NCBI GenBank assembly: GCA_964352405.1
Contig: CAYGRY010000005.1
Coordinates: 4,659-68,658 of the forward strand
From: an uncultured Halobacteriovorax sp.
GTDB taxonomy: Bacteria > Bdellovibrionota > Bacteriovoracia > Bacteriovoracales > Bacteriovoracaceae
Length of the DNA: 64,000 nt
Direction: 5' to 3'
The notes below the pieces were generated by a model. That model was not told where the DNA came from. It made no database searches and saw nothing but the letters and a program-made list of their open reading frames with translations. Positions within the stretch are counted from its first letter, which is position 1; every line of letters begins with the position of its first letter. The position numbers and the translations under genes are program-made. This document shows positions 47,156 to 57,892 of the stretch, in pieces.

Positions 47156-49414
47156 TTGAGCGAAAAAGTCAGCGTTTATTATCTAGAACTGCACCATCCT
47201 CGAGATGGTAAAAATAGATACAAGATAGATGGTCAAATCACTGTTGGAAGTGCTTCAAGCAACAATGTATATCTCACTGATTTAGATCTTGCCCCAAGAC
47301 ATTGTATCTTTCGAGTCCATCAAGAAATTCTCACCATTTTCCAAGTTGCTGAAACAGGCACTTCTAAAATTGGCTCTCAAGCACTAGAAAATAGTCGGAT
47401 GTATATTCTTGAAAAAGGCGACAAGGTTTTTTTACAAGATATTAAGTGCATCATCCGTGTTGAAAAAGAAGTTGTAGAGGAAGATGAAGAAGACGATGAA
47501 GTTGAAGAACTAGAAGAACAGACAATTGATGAAGACAAAACTGATGAAGGTTTTGAAGTTCCAAACCTTGACGAAGAATTCGATGATGATGAAGAAGCTG
47601 AAAAGGTTTCCTTCTTTTCAAAGTTAAAATCTAAGTTATTTAGAAAGAAAGTAATCATCGTAGATGATGATGATGACGACGAAGACAATGAAGAAGAGGA
47701 GGCTGAAGAAGAGGTCTCCCAAGAAGAGAAGATGAAAAGCTCAATCTATATTCCAAAAGCTACCGTCGACACTGAAGACGAGAAGCCAGAAAAAAAGAAA
47801 AAGAAGAAAAAAGAAAAGATCGATAGAAGCTCTATGCCTGCCTTTTTTGCAAGAGTTCTGGCATTTGTTTGTGAAATTATCATCGCCTTTGCTTTTGTTT
47901 CAAATGTTGTTCCTATCTTGGACCTCTCCTCTATTTATGAGCAATTATTTTTAGATGTCTCCCCACTTATAACTCGAGGGCTAGATTATATCTCTCCCTA
48001 CCTTGAAGATAAAATTTCTCTTTTATCTTTTATCAATACATTTAACTTCATTGCTATTTTTTCAACTTGGTTAGTACTTAACTTAATGAGCAATCTCATA
48101 CTAAGTGTTAATTACGGACTGGCTTTAGTTTTTGTCAGAACAGAGGGAAGCTTTGTAACAGCTAGAATCAAGGGACTGGCTCGTTTTATTTTAAGTTTAA
48201 TCACATCTCCACTCCTTATTTTTGATGCACCAGCATTGATCAAAAAAAGAACACTTAAAGAAGTTTTAACCGGTAGTGAGTTATCTTACCGTCATGGGCT
48301 ACTTAAAATTTTTGGCAATCTCATTGTCTTACCGGCTTTTACCATCGCGATCGTTTTATTACCTGTAGTGATTGAGCCTCAACTCTTAGAAGGTCCGATT
48401 CTTAATCAAGACCTAGCGATCAAAGAACAAAAATCTGATATGGTCCTTCAGACTCATCCCCTTCGCAGTCTACATGTAGCTATTAGTTACGATCAAAACA
48501 TTAAGAATGATTGGGCGTACTCTCCTTTCATCAATGGCAAAAAGAATCAACTTATTAGTGGAATGAGATTTATCAGATCTGTAGGTGAACGTGTAGATGT
48601 AGTTTCGATTGGACCGCTTTCGAAAGTCCTTTTACCAACGAATCTGATTAAAACGATTGCAAAACTTGACCCATTTTTTAAGAATAAATATCCATCTCTT
48701 ATAGAGAATATTGATAAACCAGAATTTAATAAAGAAAAAGATAGTGATTCGATAGCGCTTTTCATTGATACCTTAGGTTTAAATCAAGATACTTTGCCTC
48801 GTTTTTTAAGTGAGCGTGGGCCGACATTAACTCCCTACTTTGAGTTGAAAAAGTATTTAATGAGCCAATTAAATATACAAAGTACTAATGAAGTTAGCGC
48901 TAAATTCTTTGGCAATAAAAAAGTGATCGTGATTTATCCATCGAATATTCGATCTACGATGACTTTTATTCGCGCAGGAGAGCTCGTCACTTTAACAATC
49001 TCATCAAGACAAGGGGCTAGGCCTGCTATAGAAAAGTTTGTACGAACATTCTTTTCAAATGTCTCTCCACTTCTTGATAATGCCTCCATAAGCCCAGACC
49101 AAGCAGGCAAGTGGACGGCTTTTGACTTCTATGATTATTTCAACTCAAAAAGCCCAAAGCCCTTGAGTCCTAACTCAGAAGCTGCATTAAGGAATTTTAT
49201 GAACGATATCCTTTTACAGCGTCAAAATCACCTTTGGGCTACGCAAACCATTGAGCTTGACTACAGAAAATCAATGGAAACTTTACAAGAAATAGTCCAG
49301 CCAGGCCAAGACCCATGGGCAAGTACTATCTTTAATGCTATGAACGTGGACCAAGCTTTATGGCAAACACCTCCGAGCACAGAGACTCCTGATGCTCAAA
49401 ATGAATCTAACTAA
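47156..49414 (+). CDS. FHA-domain membrane protein with acidic and poly-Lys low-complexity linker
   Basis: N-terminal FHA pattern (ITVGSASSNNVYLTD...RHC...GTSKIGSQAL...L.KGDKVFL), D/E runs, KKKKKKKEK, then several TM helices and a roughly 350-aa C-terminal domain; TTG start with GGGAG Shine-Dalgarno. Confidence 0.75.
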   Translation: MSEKVSVYYLELHHPRDGKNRYKIDGQITVGSASSNNVYLTDLDLAPRHCIFRVHQEILTIFQVAETGTSKIGSQALENSRMYILEKGDKVFLQDIKCIIRVEKEVVEEDEEDDEVEELEEQTIDEDKTDEGFEVPNLDEEFDDDEEAEKVSFFSKLKSKLFRKKVIIVDDDDDDEDNEEEEAEEEVSQEEKMKSSIYIPKATVDTEDEKPEKKKKKKKEKIDRSSMPAFFARVLAFVCEIIIAFAFVSNVVPILDLSSIYEQLFLDVSPLITRGLDYISPYLEDKISLLSFINTFNFIAIFSTWLVLNLMSNLILSVNYGLALVFVRTEGSFVTARIKGLARFILSLITSPLLIFDAPALIKKRTLKEVLTGSELSYRHGLLKIFGNLIVLPAFTIAIVLLPVVIEPQLLEGPILNQDLAIKEQKSDMVLQTHPLRSLHVAISYDQNIKNDWAYSPFINGKKNQLISGMRFIRSVGERVDVVSIGPLSKVLLPTNLIKTIAKLDPFFKNKYPSLIENIDKPEFNKEKDSDSIALFIDTLGLNQDTLPRFLSERGPTLTPYFELKKYLMSQLNIQSTNEVSAKFFGNKKVIVIYPSNIRSTMTFIRAGELVTLTISSRQGARPAIEKFVRTFFSNVSPLLDNASISPDQAGKWTAFDFYDYFNSKSPKPLSPNSEAALRNFMNDILLQRQNHLWATQTIELDYRKSMETLQEIVQPGQDPWASTIFNAMNVDQALWQTPPSTETPDAQNESN

Positions 49415-49423
49415 AGAAAACTT

Positions 49424-50563
49424 ATGAAAATTCAAGATCAGGTCAAAGAACATTTTAAATTTAAAGTCGTCCATGAGGATAAGAACTCAGGCGCCAGAGC
49501 CGGTGTAATATCGACTCCTCATGGAGATATTCCAACTCCAGTCTTTATGCCTGTTGGTACCCACGGTGCAATTAAAGCTCTACAAATGAAAGAAATGGTA
49601 GAGATGGACGTCAAAGTCCTACTCTCTAATACATACCATCTTCATTTAACTCCAGGATCAGATCTTGTTGCTAAGGCTGGTGGCCTTCACAAATGGATGG
49701 CTTGGGATCGCCCGATCCTTACTGACTCAGGCGGATTTCAAGTTTTCAGTCTACAAAAAAAGAGTATCAAAGAAGAGGGAGCAGAGTTTCGTGATCAAGA
49801 TGGAAAAACAGTCTTGCTCACTCCAGAAACCTCAATTGGAATTCAACAAAATTTAGGCTCAGATATCATGATGGCTTTTGACGAGTGCATCCCTTATCCA
49901 GCAACTCGTCAGTACGTTAAAACTTCCATTGATAGGACTCACCGTTGGCTTGATCGTTGTATCAATGCCTGGACCAACCCAAAGCAAGCCCTGTTTGGTA
50001 TTATCCAAGGCTCCGAATTTGATGATTACCGTAAAGAATGCCTAGAAGAGCTTGTGGCCCGTGATCTTCCTGGTTACGCCATTGGTGGAGTATCTGTTGG
50101 CGAAGGCCCTGAGGTCATGGAGAAGGTTGTAAAGTACACCGCTCCACTCATGCCAAAGGATAAACCTCGCTATGTTATGGGCGTTGGTAATCCTGAAGAT
50201 TTATTTATGCTATGGGAACACGGCGTAGATATGAGTGACTGTATCATTCCGACCAAGTTTGCTCGTGGTGGAACACTATTCACTAACCGCGGCAAGATCA
50301 GAATTAAACACAGAAATTACCGCCGTGACTTCTATCCAGTTGAGCCAAATTGCTCATGCTATGGATGTCAAAACTTAACTCGCAGTTATATTAAACATCT
50401 CTTTGATTCAAACGAGATTTTAGGCGCCATTCTAGCAACAGCTCACAATATTGCTTTTTACAAATCCCTTGCCGATCGTGCTCGTGAAGCCATTTTGCAA
50501 GATCGCTATTTAGATTTTAAAAAGGAATTTCTTGAGCAGTACTTAAAAGAAGGGCATAACTAA
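49424..50563 (+). CDS. tgt: tRNA-guanine transglycosylase
   Basis: TPVFMPVGT, LTDSGGFQV, MAFDEC, zinc site CSCYGC...H. Confidence 0.95.
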   Translation: MKIQDQVKEHFKFKVVHEDKNSGARAGVISTPHGDIPTPVFMPVGTHGAIKALQMKEMVEMDVKVLLSNTYHLHLTPGSDLVAKAGGLHKWMAWDRPILTDSGGFQVFSLQKKSIKEEGAEFRDQDGKTVLLTPETSIGIQQNLGSDIMMAFDECIPYPATRQYVKTSIDRTHRWLDRCINAWTNPKQALFGIIQGSEFDDYRKECLEELVARDLPGYAIGGVSVGEGPEVMEKVVKYTAPLMPKDKPRYVMGVGNPEDLFMLWEHGVDMSDCIIPTKFARGGTLFTNRGKIRIKHRNYRRDFYPVEPNCSCYGCQNLTRSYIKHLFDSNEILGAILATAHNIAFYKSLADRAREAILQDRYLDFKKEFLEQYLKEGHN

Positions 50564-50583
50564 TTTAGTTATGCCCGGAAATC

Positions 50584-51702
50584 TTAGAGTTTTGATTCGA
50601 TAGCGAGAGATAAGATCTTCGTTAACTTTTCCAAATCATTTTTCGAAATATTATGAAAAAGTGCAATTCTAAATTGGTTACGGCCAAGCTTTCTGTAAGC
50701 ATCAATTCCGTACACAATCTTATCTTTTTCTAATTTATCAATAAGTGGATTGACATCAACTTTATCGTCAACATCAATAGTTGCGACTGCAGTTGAGCGA
50801 TATTTCTCTTCTTGAATAAAGCATGAAAGATAAGACTTCTCACTCGCCCAACCGTACAAGAGGTCGGCTTTTTCTTGAGCTTGTTTTTGAACAGTTTCAT
50901 AACCTAGCTTATTCATGAGCTTAACTTGCTCGTTAAGAATAAAGATCGTGCTAATCGCAGGTGTATTATAAGTTTGGGCCTTGTCAGAGTTATCAATGCA
51001 AAGATCCCATCTCATAATGTCTGGAATATAGCGTGACTTATCTGCAGCAATTTTTAAGGCGCGCGCTCTAGCTTTTGGGGAAAGGATCGCAACAAAGAAT
51101 CCGCCATCGCTGGCAAAAACTTTTTGAGGTGAAAAGAAGTACACATCTGTTTTAGAGACATCACATGGAACTTGTCCACCACCTGAAGTCGCATCAACCA
51201 TTAAGAGTTGATCTGCTCCGACAGTTGGAAAACTATCAATCTGTACACCTGTAGAAGTCTCATTAAGAGTACAAGCGATAACATCGGCACCGGCCACTGC
51301 TGTTGGAGTGATCCCCTGTCCTGCAGCGACTTCGACTTTTTCAGTTTCAATCCATGGAACTTTTTTAGAGGCTTTAAACCATTTATCTGAAAACTCACCA
51401 CATACAAAATGAACTGCTTTCTTTTCAACCATTCCAAGAGCTAGCATATCAAAAAGAAAAGTTGCTCCGCCATTACCAATGGCAACGGTAAAGTCTTTTG
51501 GTAATTTGAAGTACTGGCGAAGTCCTTCTTGCATCTCGCCAACAACATCTCTTACGGCTTTTTTACGGTGACTGGTCCCCATAAGATGAGCACCAGTTTT
51601 TGCCAAAGACTCCAAAAACTCCACAGGTACAAGAGATGGACCTGAGCCGAAACGTGGGTCAGATGGAATGAGATCACTTGGAACTTTGAAATCTTCAAAC
51701 AT
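50584..51702 (-). CDS. serC: phosphoserine aminotransferase (about 370-aa type)
   Basis: Class-V aminotransferase layout; FFSPQKVFASDGG carries the PLP lysine. Confidence 0.85.
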   Translation of the reverse strand: MFEDFKVPSDLIPSDPRFGSGPSLVPVEFLESLAKTGAHLMGTSHRKKAVRDVVGEMQEGLRQYFKLPKDFTVAIGNGGATFLFDMLALGMVEKKAVHFVCGEFSDKWFKASKKVPWIETEKVEVAAGQGITPTAVAGADVIACTLNETSTGVQIDSFPTVGADQLLMVDATSGGGQVPCDVSKTDVYFFSPQKVFASDGGFFVAILSPKARARALKIAADKSRYIPDIMRWDLCIDNSDKAQTYNTPAISTIFILNEQVKLMNKLGYETVQKQAQEKADLLYGWASEKSYLSCFIQEEKYRSTAVATIDVDDKVDVNPLIDKLEKDKIVYGIDAYRKLGRNQFRIALFHNISKNDLEKLTKILSLAIESKL

Positions 51703-51855
51703 GGCATTTCCTTTAAAGCGTTATGAAGTGTCGGTTGCCAATATCGTAACTCTTCAAAAAGAAACCGTACACAGGCAATCTCGTGCGTTTTGTGCTCGAC
51801 ACCTGCATTTATGCTTGTTTCAATAGATTTTTGAAAGACAATTCAAAGGATAATT

Positions 51856-52449
51856 ATGAATGCCCGATTATTTTGCACAGTTATCGGCTTATTTTTTTGC
51901 ACCTCGCTTCATGCTTTTGTCCAAGGCTGGTCGGATTTTGTCATGGGTGCGGGTAACTTAACTCACCAAGCTGGAAAGTATGCAAGTGATGTTGGAAGTG
52001 TAAGTTACTTTGAATTTAGACCGCTTTTAACGGCCAGTTATCGCTATGAGTTCTCCCCAGAATTAAGTTTTATACCTGAAGTTGGTATTACGCTTCCTGA
52101 AACGAGTGATGATGAAACATCATCTACTTTGTATTCTTTTCTCAATGCACCTATTGCTTATCATTACGGCGATTGGACCTTTCGTTTTGGTCCGGGTTTT
52201 TTCTTTACCCGTATTAGTGGAAACGGCGGAACCCTTCGCCTTCAAAATGGTAACTCAACAGACGAGTTTCCTGTTCCAAATGGATCTGCAACCACAAGAA
52301 ATTTAACTTGGAACTTAGGTGCACAGACGAATTTCGATAAGGACTGGAGTGCAAGGTTTGATATCTCTATTTTAAAATTATTTGATAGTGAAAAAAGAGC
52401 AATGAATCACGTTCTGACGTTGAATTATCATTTTGGGTCAATCTTATGA
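51856..52449 (+). CDS. small outer-membrane beta-barrel protein
   Basis: Signal peptide ...CTSLHA, alternating strands, C-terminal aromatic region NYHFGSIL. Confidence 0.55.
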   Translation: MNARLFCTVIGLFFCTSLHAFVQGWSDFVMGAGNLTHQAGKYASDVGSVSYFEFRPLLTASYRYEFSPELSFIPEVGITLPETSDDETSSTLYSFLNAPIAYHYGDWTFRFGPGFFFTRISGNGGTLRLQNGNSTDEFPVPNGSATTRNLTWNLGAQTNFDKDWSARFDISILKLFDSEKRAMNHVLTLNYHFGSIL

Positions 52450-53225
52450 AAAAATTTCTTTTTGCATTTCTTTTTTTAAGTCTCTCAGCATATTCATTCA
52501 CCTTGAATAATGGTGCTGGTGCCGCCTTTAAAAAAGATGTGATCAAAGTCAACGTTGCTGCCCACACTTGCACGAATATTGGTGTCACAAATAGTGAACT
52601 TCTCTCTATTGCCGAAGAAGCTGTTAATTTATTTTGGAACCGTGTTGCGACTTCAAAACTTGAAATGGCTGGCGGATCTATCGTTACAGTGGCGTCTGAT
52701 TTTCAAACTGGTCAAGTTTGTACCGGTTCAACGTCAAACTGCTCTCCTACTCCTGCCTTAGTTGTATCTAGTGATATTTTAATTTCATGTAATACAAATG
52801 CAACAAACTATTCTGGATCGAATGAAGTGCTTGGAGTAACAGTTCCAAATAATATTTCTGGCGCTGAAATCAAAGGAGCATTGGTGCTCGTTAATGATCA
52901 GGCCGGAAATAATTTTCAAAACAAATCTCATGCGGCCAAGGTTTCAATTATCGCGCACGAAATTGGTCACGCCTTGGGACTAGGTCACTCACCCTTTAGA
53001 GAGGCCTTAATGTACGCGCAATTTGTAGAAGGTCGTGATCGTCTTGCAAGGGATGACATGAATGGTATTACCTGGCTCTATCCTGAGGAAGAACCAGATT
53101 TAGGAATATGTGGAACAGTTGATCTGCATGGTCATGGACAAGGTTCACCCTTATCAATGTTAACAGGTCTTTTTATTGGCTTTGTTCTTATTGTTTATGG
53201 ACGAAAGCTTCTACCACGCTTTTGA
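52446..53225 (+). CDS. matrixin-like (M10) zinc metalloprotease with C-terminal TM anchor
   Basis: [12 protein letters not shown] with Met-turn [14 protein letters not shown]; signal peptide; C-terminal [14 protein letters not shown]. Confidence 0.8.
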   Translation: MKKFLFAFLFLSLSAYSFTLNNGAGAAFKKDVIKVNVAAHTCTNIGVTNSELLSIAEEAVNLFWNRVATSKLEMAGGSIVTVASDFQTGQVCTGSTSNCSPTPALVVSSDILISCNTNATNYSGSNEVLGVTVPNNISGAEIKGALVLVNDQAGNNFQNKSHAAKVSIIAHEIGHALGLGHSPFREALMYAQFVEGRDRLARDDMNGITWLYPEEEPDLGICGTVDLHGHGQGSPLSMLTGLFIGFVLIVYGRKLLPRF

Positions 53226-54877
53226 CATTCAGCTTCGTATTCCATGAACCATTGAATCTCCTCTTGGTTCATAAGCGTCTTCTCAATTAAGTCGAGATCA
53301 AAACCTATCCATACTAGTGGTCTAAATCTTAGCATTCCCTTAAACGTTGGATGCTTTTCTACGACGGCGATATTTTCAAGTCGTACTCCACCAAAACCAG
53401 GAATATAAATACCAGGCTCAATAGAACCTACACGACCGGCATAGAGTGGAACTTGTGATAATGGAGTCACTGAATAACCGGCTTCGTGAACATTAATTCC
53501 AACGCCGTGACCAGTTCCATGAGCAAAGTCGTATCCCATTCTTCTCATTGGTGCACGGGCCAAAGAATCGATAGCTTGTCCTCTAGTTCCTTCTGGAAAG
53601 ACAGCATTTTGAGCTTGAAGAAGTCCCTTTAAAACTAAAGTATAAACTTCTTTATGCTTGGCTGTTGTCTGACCCATAGGAAGTATCGTTCGAGTCGTAT
53701 CTGTAGCTAGTCCACCTTCAAAAAAAGCTCCTGAATCTAAAAGAGCGAACTCTCCTTCTTCCCAATTTTTTTCTTTTGATGGAGTTCCATAGTGCATAAT
53801 TGATGAATTCGCACCAAAGCCTGAAATTGTTCTAAAACTTTGAGAGATGGCTCCCATTTCATTATAAAAAGTCGATGTTTGATCATTCCATTCTTTTTCT
53901 GTGACTTGGCGTTGTTTGACCGTATCTTTTAGCCAGCACAAAGTTTTGAAAATCGCTTGATCACCTAGATCAAAGGACTTCTCCATCACTTTGATTTCAG
54001 TATCGTTTTTCTTCGCTTGCTCTAAGATTAAACTTCCCTCGCGTTCTACTATCTCAAGGTTAAAGCTTAGAATCGTTTCATAATCTGCAACGTTGGTAAC
54101 ACTTGGGTAAATAATTACTTTTCTAATAATTGATGAATCAACACCTGTTAAATCTTTTAAAACAGTAAACTTCTTTTTAACTTGATCACTCAATTTAGCA
54201 TCACGATCAGGGATAAGATTGAGGTGAGTATGAGTAGCAAAAGCTTGAACTCTTGAAGTCGATTGGAATGGAAGTTGGTAGCCTCTTGTATTTGAAATCC
54301 AAGAAACACTATCAAGAGTAGAAATGAAGAGTCCTTCACCTGGCTTACAAAGACGTTGAAGCTTACTTTGAACACTTTCACCGCATAGTTTATCATCGAT
54401 GAGGTTCATCTCTCCCATCACTGGAGCACTTCCGAATTCAACTTCTTTTAAATCGGCTGCGCTTAAAACTGTAACATCACAAATTTTTTGTAGCTCTCTC
54501 CAAGGACCAACGCCGAAACGCTCCCCTTCGATCGCTATCTTTTTAAAACCACTTTGAACGATGAAATCTTTTAAGGCTTGAAAATTTGAGACGCCATAGG
54601 GACATTTTTCGACATCGACGATATCAAGATGGCATTGCTTGTCGGCTTGTTCGTGATAGCGCCCATCGACAAATAATCTAGCTTTTCCCTTAAGAGGTAA
54701 AATGGAGTCTGCAACTGAACCTTTAAATCCAGTGATGTCGTGACGATGGCAATCTTCTAAAGGAACATACTCATTGAGGTGACGATCAAAGGAAGTCACA
54801 ACAATGGCCTCAAGCTGTTTTTGCTCTAATACGCGACGTAATTGGGACTGAATTTTTTCAACTTGAGCCTTTTCCAT
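53195..54877 (-). CDS. pepP: Xaa-Pro aminopeptidase (M24B)
   Basis: [13 protein letters not shown] and VRLEN motifs; start taken at MEKAQVEK (54877) rather than the ORF-track start at 54997. Confidence 0.85.
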   Translation of the reverse strand: MEKAQVEKIQSQLRRVLEQKQLEAIVVTSFDRHLNEYVPLEDCHRHDITGFKGSVADSILPLKGKARLFVDGRYHEQADKQCHLDIVDVEKCPYGVSNFQALKDFIVQSGFKKIAIEGERFGVGPWRELQKICDVTVLSAADLKEVEFGSAPVMGEMNLIDDKLCGESVQSKLQRLCKPGEGLFISTLDSVSWISNTRGYQLPFQSTSRVQAFATHTHLNLIPDRDAKLSDQVKKKFTVLKDLTGVDSSIIRKVIIYPSVTNVADYETILSFNLEIVEREGSLILEQAKKNDTEIKVMEKSFDLGDQAIFKTLCWLKDTVKQRQVTEKEWNDQTSTFYNEMGAISQSFRTISGFGANSSIMHYGTPSKEKNWEEGEFALLDSGAFFEGGLATDTTRTILPMGQTTAKHKEVYTLVLKGLLQAQNAVFPEGTRGQAIDSLARAPMRRMGYDFAHGTGHGVGINVHEAGYSVTPLSQVPLYAGRVGSIEPGIYIPGFGGVRLENIAVVEKHPTFKGMLRFRPLVWIGFDLDLIEKTLMNQEEIQWFMEYEAECQKRGRSFRP

Positions 54878-54980
54878 ACTGAACCTCAATTTATTTTCGT
54901 GAAATGTACCAAAATCCTCAAGTCTTAGGCAAAAGTATCCGATATTAGGTTGCGGTATCAATAAAAAGGAGTCTAGAGAC

Positions 54981-55112
54981 ATGAAAATCAGTCTCAAAGT
55001 GGTTGTTTTTGCAATTTTAGCTGTTTTTGTGGTGAAAATCTCTGTGGCAGACTCATGGAATGCTAAAAAGCCGGGGAAATCAACTCAACGAAGTCTATCG
55101 AGCATCTACTAG
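54981..55112 (+). CDS. candidate 43-aa small membrane/secreted peptide (unverified)
   Basis: AAGGAG lies 9 nt upstream of the ATG; MKISLKVVVFAILAVFVVKISVA hydrophobic N-terminus; its 3' end overlaps the convergent murD stop region. Confidence 0.25.
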   Translation: MKISLKVVVFAILAVFVVKISVADSWNAKKPGKSTQRSLSSIY

Positions 55113-56450
55113 TTTTTTGAATCGATCCCCTCGTTCACTATAGCTTTTAAAGCTATCAAAAGACGGGAACGCTGGCGAAAACAGAAGAACACCTTCTGCA
55201 TCCCAAGCTTTCAGTATCAAGTCGAAGTTTTCAGCCACCCTCAAGTTTGAAAAAATCTCTGTCATTGGTTCCTTGAACTTTACTGCAAATTCTCCAAACA
55301 AAATTATTTCAACTTTATAATGCTTAAGCCTATCAATCGTATCTGTATCTGGCAGATCATTTTCACCACGACACTTACCACCAGCAACGAGAGTAATTTT
55401 TTTTGTCGACCACTTCTCATCACTACGCACCGATTTAATCGCCATCAATGTACTGGCCCAGTTCGTACTTTTCGAATCATTTAAAATTAAGCTCGATTCA
55501 TCTTCGAAGATTTTCTCAAGGCGGTGGTGAACTCCTTCGAACGATTCAATGACTTTTTGTATGGCCGCAGTTTCTACACCTGCCGCATGAGCTAGACGAG
55601 TGGCAAAAGCTAAGTTGACTAAGTTATGGTGACCAAAAGGCTTAAAATTAGAAATAATTAAATCGTCAAAGTGTAGGCTATCAGGATCAATTCTCTCCCA
55701 AAACCATGCTCCCTTCTTCACGACTTTTTCTGTCCATGTATCATTTTCTAAGCTTAAGAAAAGATCGCCAGCACCAAGTCGATTAACAATATTTCCCTTT
55801 GCTTGGGCGTAATCACGGATCTTCATATAGCGCTCACCATGGCTTGGGCTAATATTTAAAATAGCACATGCATGGGGTCTAAATTGCTCTAAACTTTCAA
55901 GCTGAAAACTAGAGAGTTCTAATATAATTGTTTTTGGAAAAGACTCGTTGCTAAAGCGTCCCTTAACAAAATCAAGGGCCAAATCACTTAAGGGTGTTCC
56001 TATATTGCCACCAACAAAATAAGGACGCCCGTCGCTTTCAAGCATTTGAGCAACCATAGTCACAGTAGTTGTTTTTCCATTCGTTCCAGTAATGGCCAAC
56101 CATTTGGTAGAAACAAAAACGCGACTTAAAAGTCTAAAACTCAGCTCTATTTCATTCCATATTGGAGTTTGATTTTGATTGGCCTGTAATAAAACTTGAT
56201 GATCCCTAGGAATACCTGGGCTTAATAAAATGAGATCACACCCAGCTAATGCACTTGACGCGCTTACGTCTGACTGTTCGAAGAAGACGTAATCTCCTTC
56301 AAGTTCTTCCTTCGCTTGATTAACAACACAGATCTTACAACCCAAAGCCTGGGCCAATTTAAAGGCAGAACGCCCTGATACTCCAAGACCAAAAATTCCA
56401 ATTTTTGCTCCTCTTAGACTATCTAGACTGGCGAAATCGATGCCCTTCAC
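55095..56450 (-). CDS. murD: UDP-N-acetylmuramoyl-L-alanine--D-glutamate ligase
   Basis: GLGVSGRS Rossmann fold, ITGTNGKTTT P-loop, Mur ligase middle and C-terminal domains. Confidence 0.9.
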   Translation of the reverse strand: MKGIDFASLDSLRGAKIGIFGLGVSGRSAFKLAQALGCKICVVNQAKEELEGDYVFFEQSDVSASSALAGCDLILLSPGIPRDHQVLLQANQNQTPIWNEIELSFRLLSRVFVSTKWLAITGTNGKTTTVTMVAQMLESDGRPYFVGGNIGTPLSDLALDFVKGRFSNESFPKTIILELSSFQLESLEQFRPHACAILNISPSHGERYMKIRDYAQAKGNIVNRLGAGDLFLSLENDTWTEKVVKKGAWFWERIDPDSLHFDDLIISNFKPFGHHNLVNLAFATRLAHAAGVETAAIQKVIESFEGVHHRLEKIFEDESSLILNDSKSTNWASTLMAIKSVRSDEKWSTKKITLVAGGKCRGENDLPDTDTIDRLKHYKVEIILFGEFAVKFKEPMTEIFSNLRVAENFDLILKAWDAEGVLLFSPAFPSFDSFKSYSERGDRFKKLVDAR

Positions 56451-57702
56451 TTATAAACTCCCCATGGCAATAAGCTTACAAGACCATTATAACGAATTAT
56501 TAGAGATTTTGCGCGACAATCGTCACTGTTGGGAGCAAGAAGTCTTAAATTTCTACCCTGCTTCTATTGAATCCGCTCCTATGGAATGGATGGAAGCCCT
56601 ATCTGGATTGAGTCTTGATCAATTATGGCTCATGGACTCTAAACAGGATTTTAGTTTTTTAACAGTTACAAAAATGCGTCAATGCTTTGAAAAACTAGAA
56701 CTCTTAACCGCCCTACCTTCAAAAGTAATTCCTTTTTCACCTGAGTTTAACCAGGCCGATGCTTTTTTTGGTGTTAAAGAAAAAAAACGTCATGAAATTC
56801 AACGAATAGCTCCAGTGATCAAAGATTTAAAAAATCAAATTAAGTTCAAGCGCATGATTGATATTGGTGGAGGTCAGGGACACCTTGGTAGAGTTGTATC
56901 AAAACATTTCGGTGTCGAAACGTTGAGTGTCGATCGTGACCCACAGCTTTTACAGCAGGGTCGAAAAAATGTCGATCGCTTAAAACATAGAATCATGCCA
57001 GCTGATGCAGCTTCTATGGAGTTTGCGCAAATCAATATTCAAGAGAATGAACCTGCTCCTGACTGCTTTAATCATGAATCTTTTATTCTAGGCCTTCATA
57101 CATGCGGCGATTTGGCTTGGCATCTTATGGACTACACTGATCAAGCAAAATCAAGAGGACTTTTAAGTTTTGGCTGTTGTTATAACAAAATGAAAGTTTC
57201 AAAAGATGGATTCGCTCATTTTGGTCCGGCTGAGCTTCCGCTAGACCAACATACTTTAACACTTGCAACTCGCGGTCATAGAAGTGCTTCAAGAAGTGCT
57301 TTTGATCTTAAACTTCAAGTCAAACGCCACCGCTATGCTCTTCATTTATTTCACTATCATGAAAGGAATATAAAAAGATTTTATCCCATGGGTGAAACTC
57401 ATCCCAGAGAGTATCAAGGTGCCTTTAGTGAATATGCTTTGCCACGATTAGAAGCCTATCAAATAAATGCGACTAAAGATGAACTTGAAGAGTTTTATGA
57501 AAAAGATTGGGTGGTCGCTCTTTATAAGAAGATGCTTTGTGCGAATCTTATACGTTGGCAGTTTGGTCGAGCGTTAGAAATGTTTATCCTCTTAGATAGA
57601 GCAATCAAACTGTCCCAAATGGGTTTAGAAGTTGAGCTAGCAACCTATTTTGATGAAAATCTGTCTCCAAGAAATATTGGTATTCTTGCCATTCGAAAAT
57701 AA
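56440..57702 (+). CDS. SAM-dependent methyltransferase-domain protein
   Basis: MIDIGGGQGHLGR (motif I) and LHTCGDL; start could be 56440 or 56464. Confidence 0.7.
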   Translation: MPFTYKLPMAISLQDHYNELLEILRDNRHCWEQEVLNFYPASIESAPMEWMEALSGLSLDQLWLMDSKQDFSFLTVTKMRQCFEKLELLTALPSKVIPFSPEFNQADAFFGVKEKKRHEIQRIAPVIKDLKNQIKFKRMIDIGGGQGHLGRVVSKHFGVETLSVDRDPQLLQQGRKNVDRLKHRIMPADAASMEFAQINIQENEPAPDCFNHESFILGLHTCGDLAWHLMDYTDQAKSRGLLSFGCCYNKMKVSKDGFAHFGPAELPLDQHTLTLATRGHRSASRSAFDLKLQVKRHRYALHLFHYHERNIKRFYPMGETHPREYQGAFSEYALPRLEAYQINATKDELEEFYEKDWVVALYKKMLCANLIRWQFGRALEMFILLDRAIKLSQMGLEVELATYFDENLSPRNIGILAIRK

Positions 57703-57892
57703 TTTGCCGTGATGCTTCCTCAGTGCTCAAGCAGTGTCAGGCTGACACTAAGAAACAGCTATTTAGCGCCAATTTCTTAAAAGACAATACAATCCCCGCC
57801 AATTTCACTCACCGTGAATTATTTATAATGCCATTGTCAGATTGTTTAGGCATTCATAGATTGCTGCAATCAATCTTAAGGGGATAGGAACA

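Noticed and set aside
47377-47688. 103-aa Ser-rich minus-strand ORF
   Set aside because: It is antisense to the D/E-rich linker of the FHA protein, the same artefact.
51881-51888. GCCGATAA on the minus strand about 180 nt upstream of serC
   Set aside because: It falls within the coding sequence of the 51856 gene (codons VIGL), has no matching -35 element, and serC is a housekeeping gene. It is probably chance.
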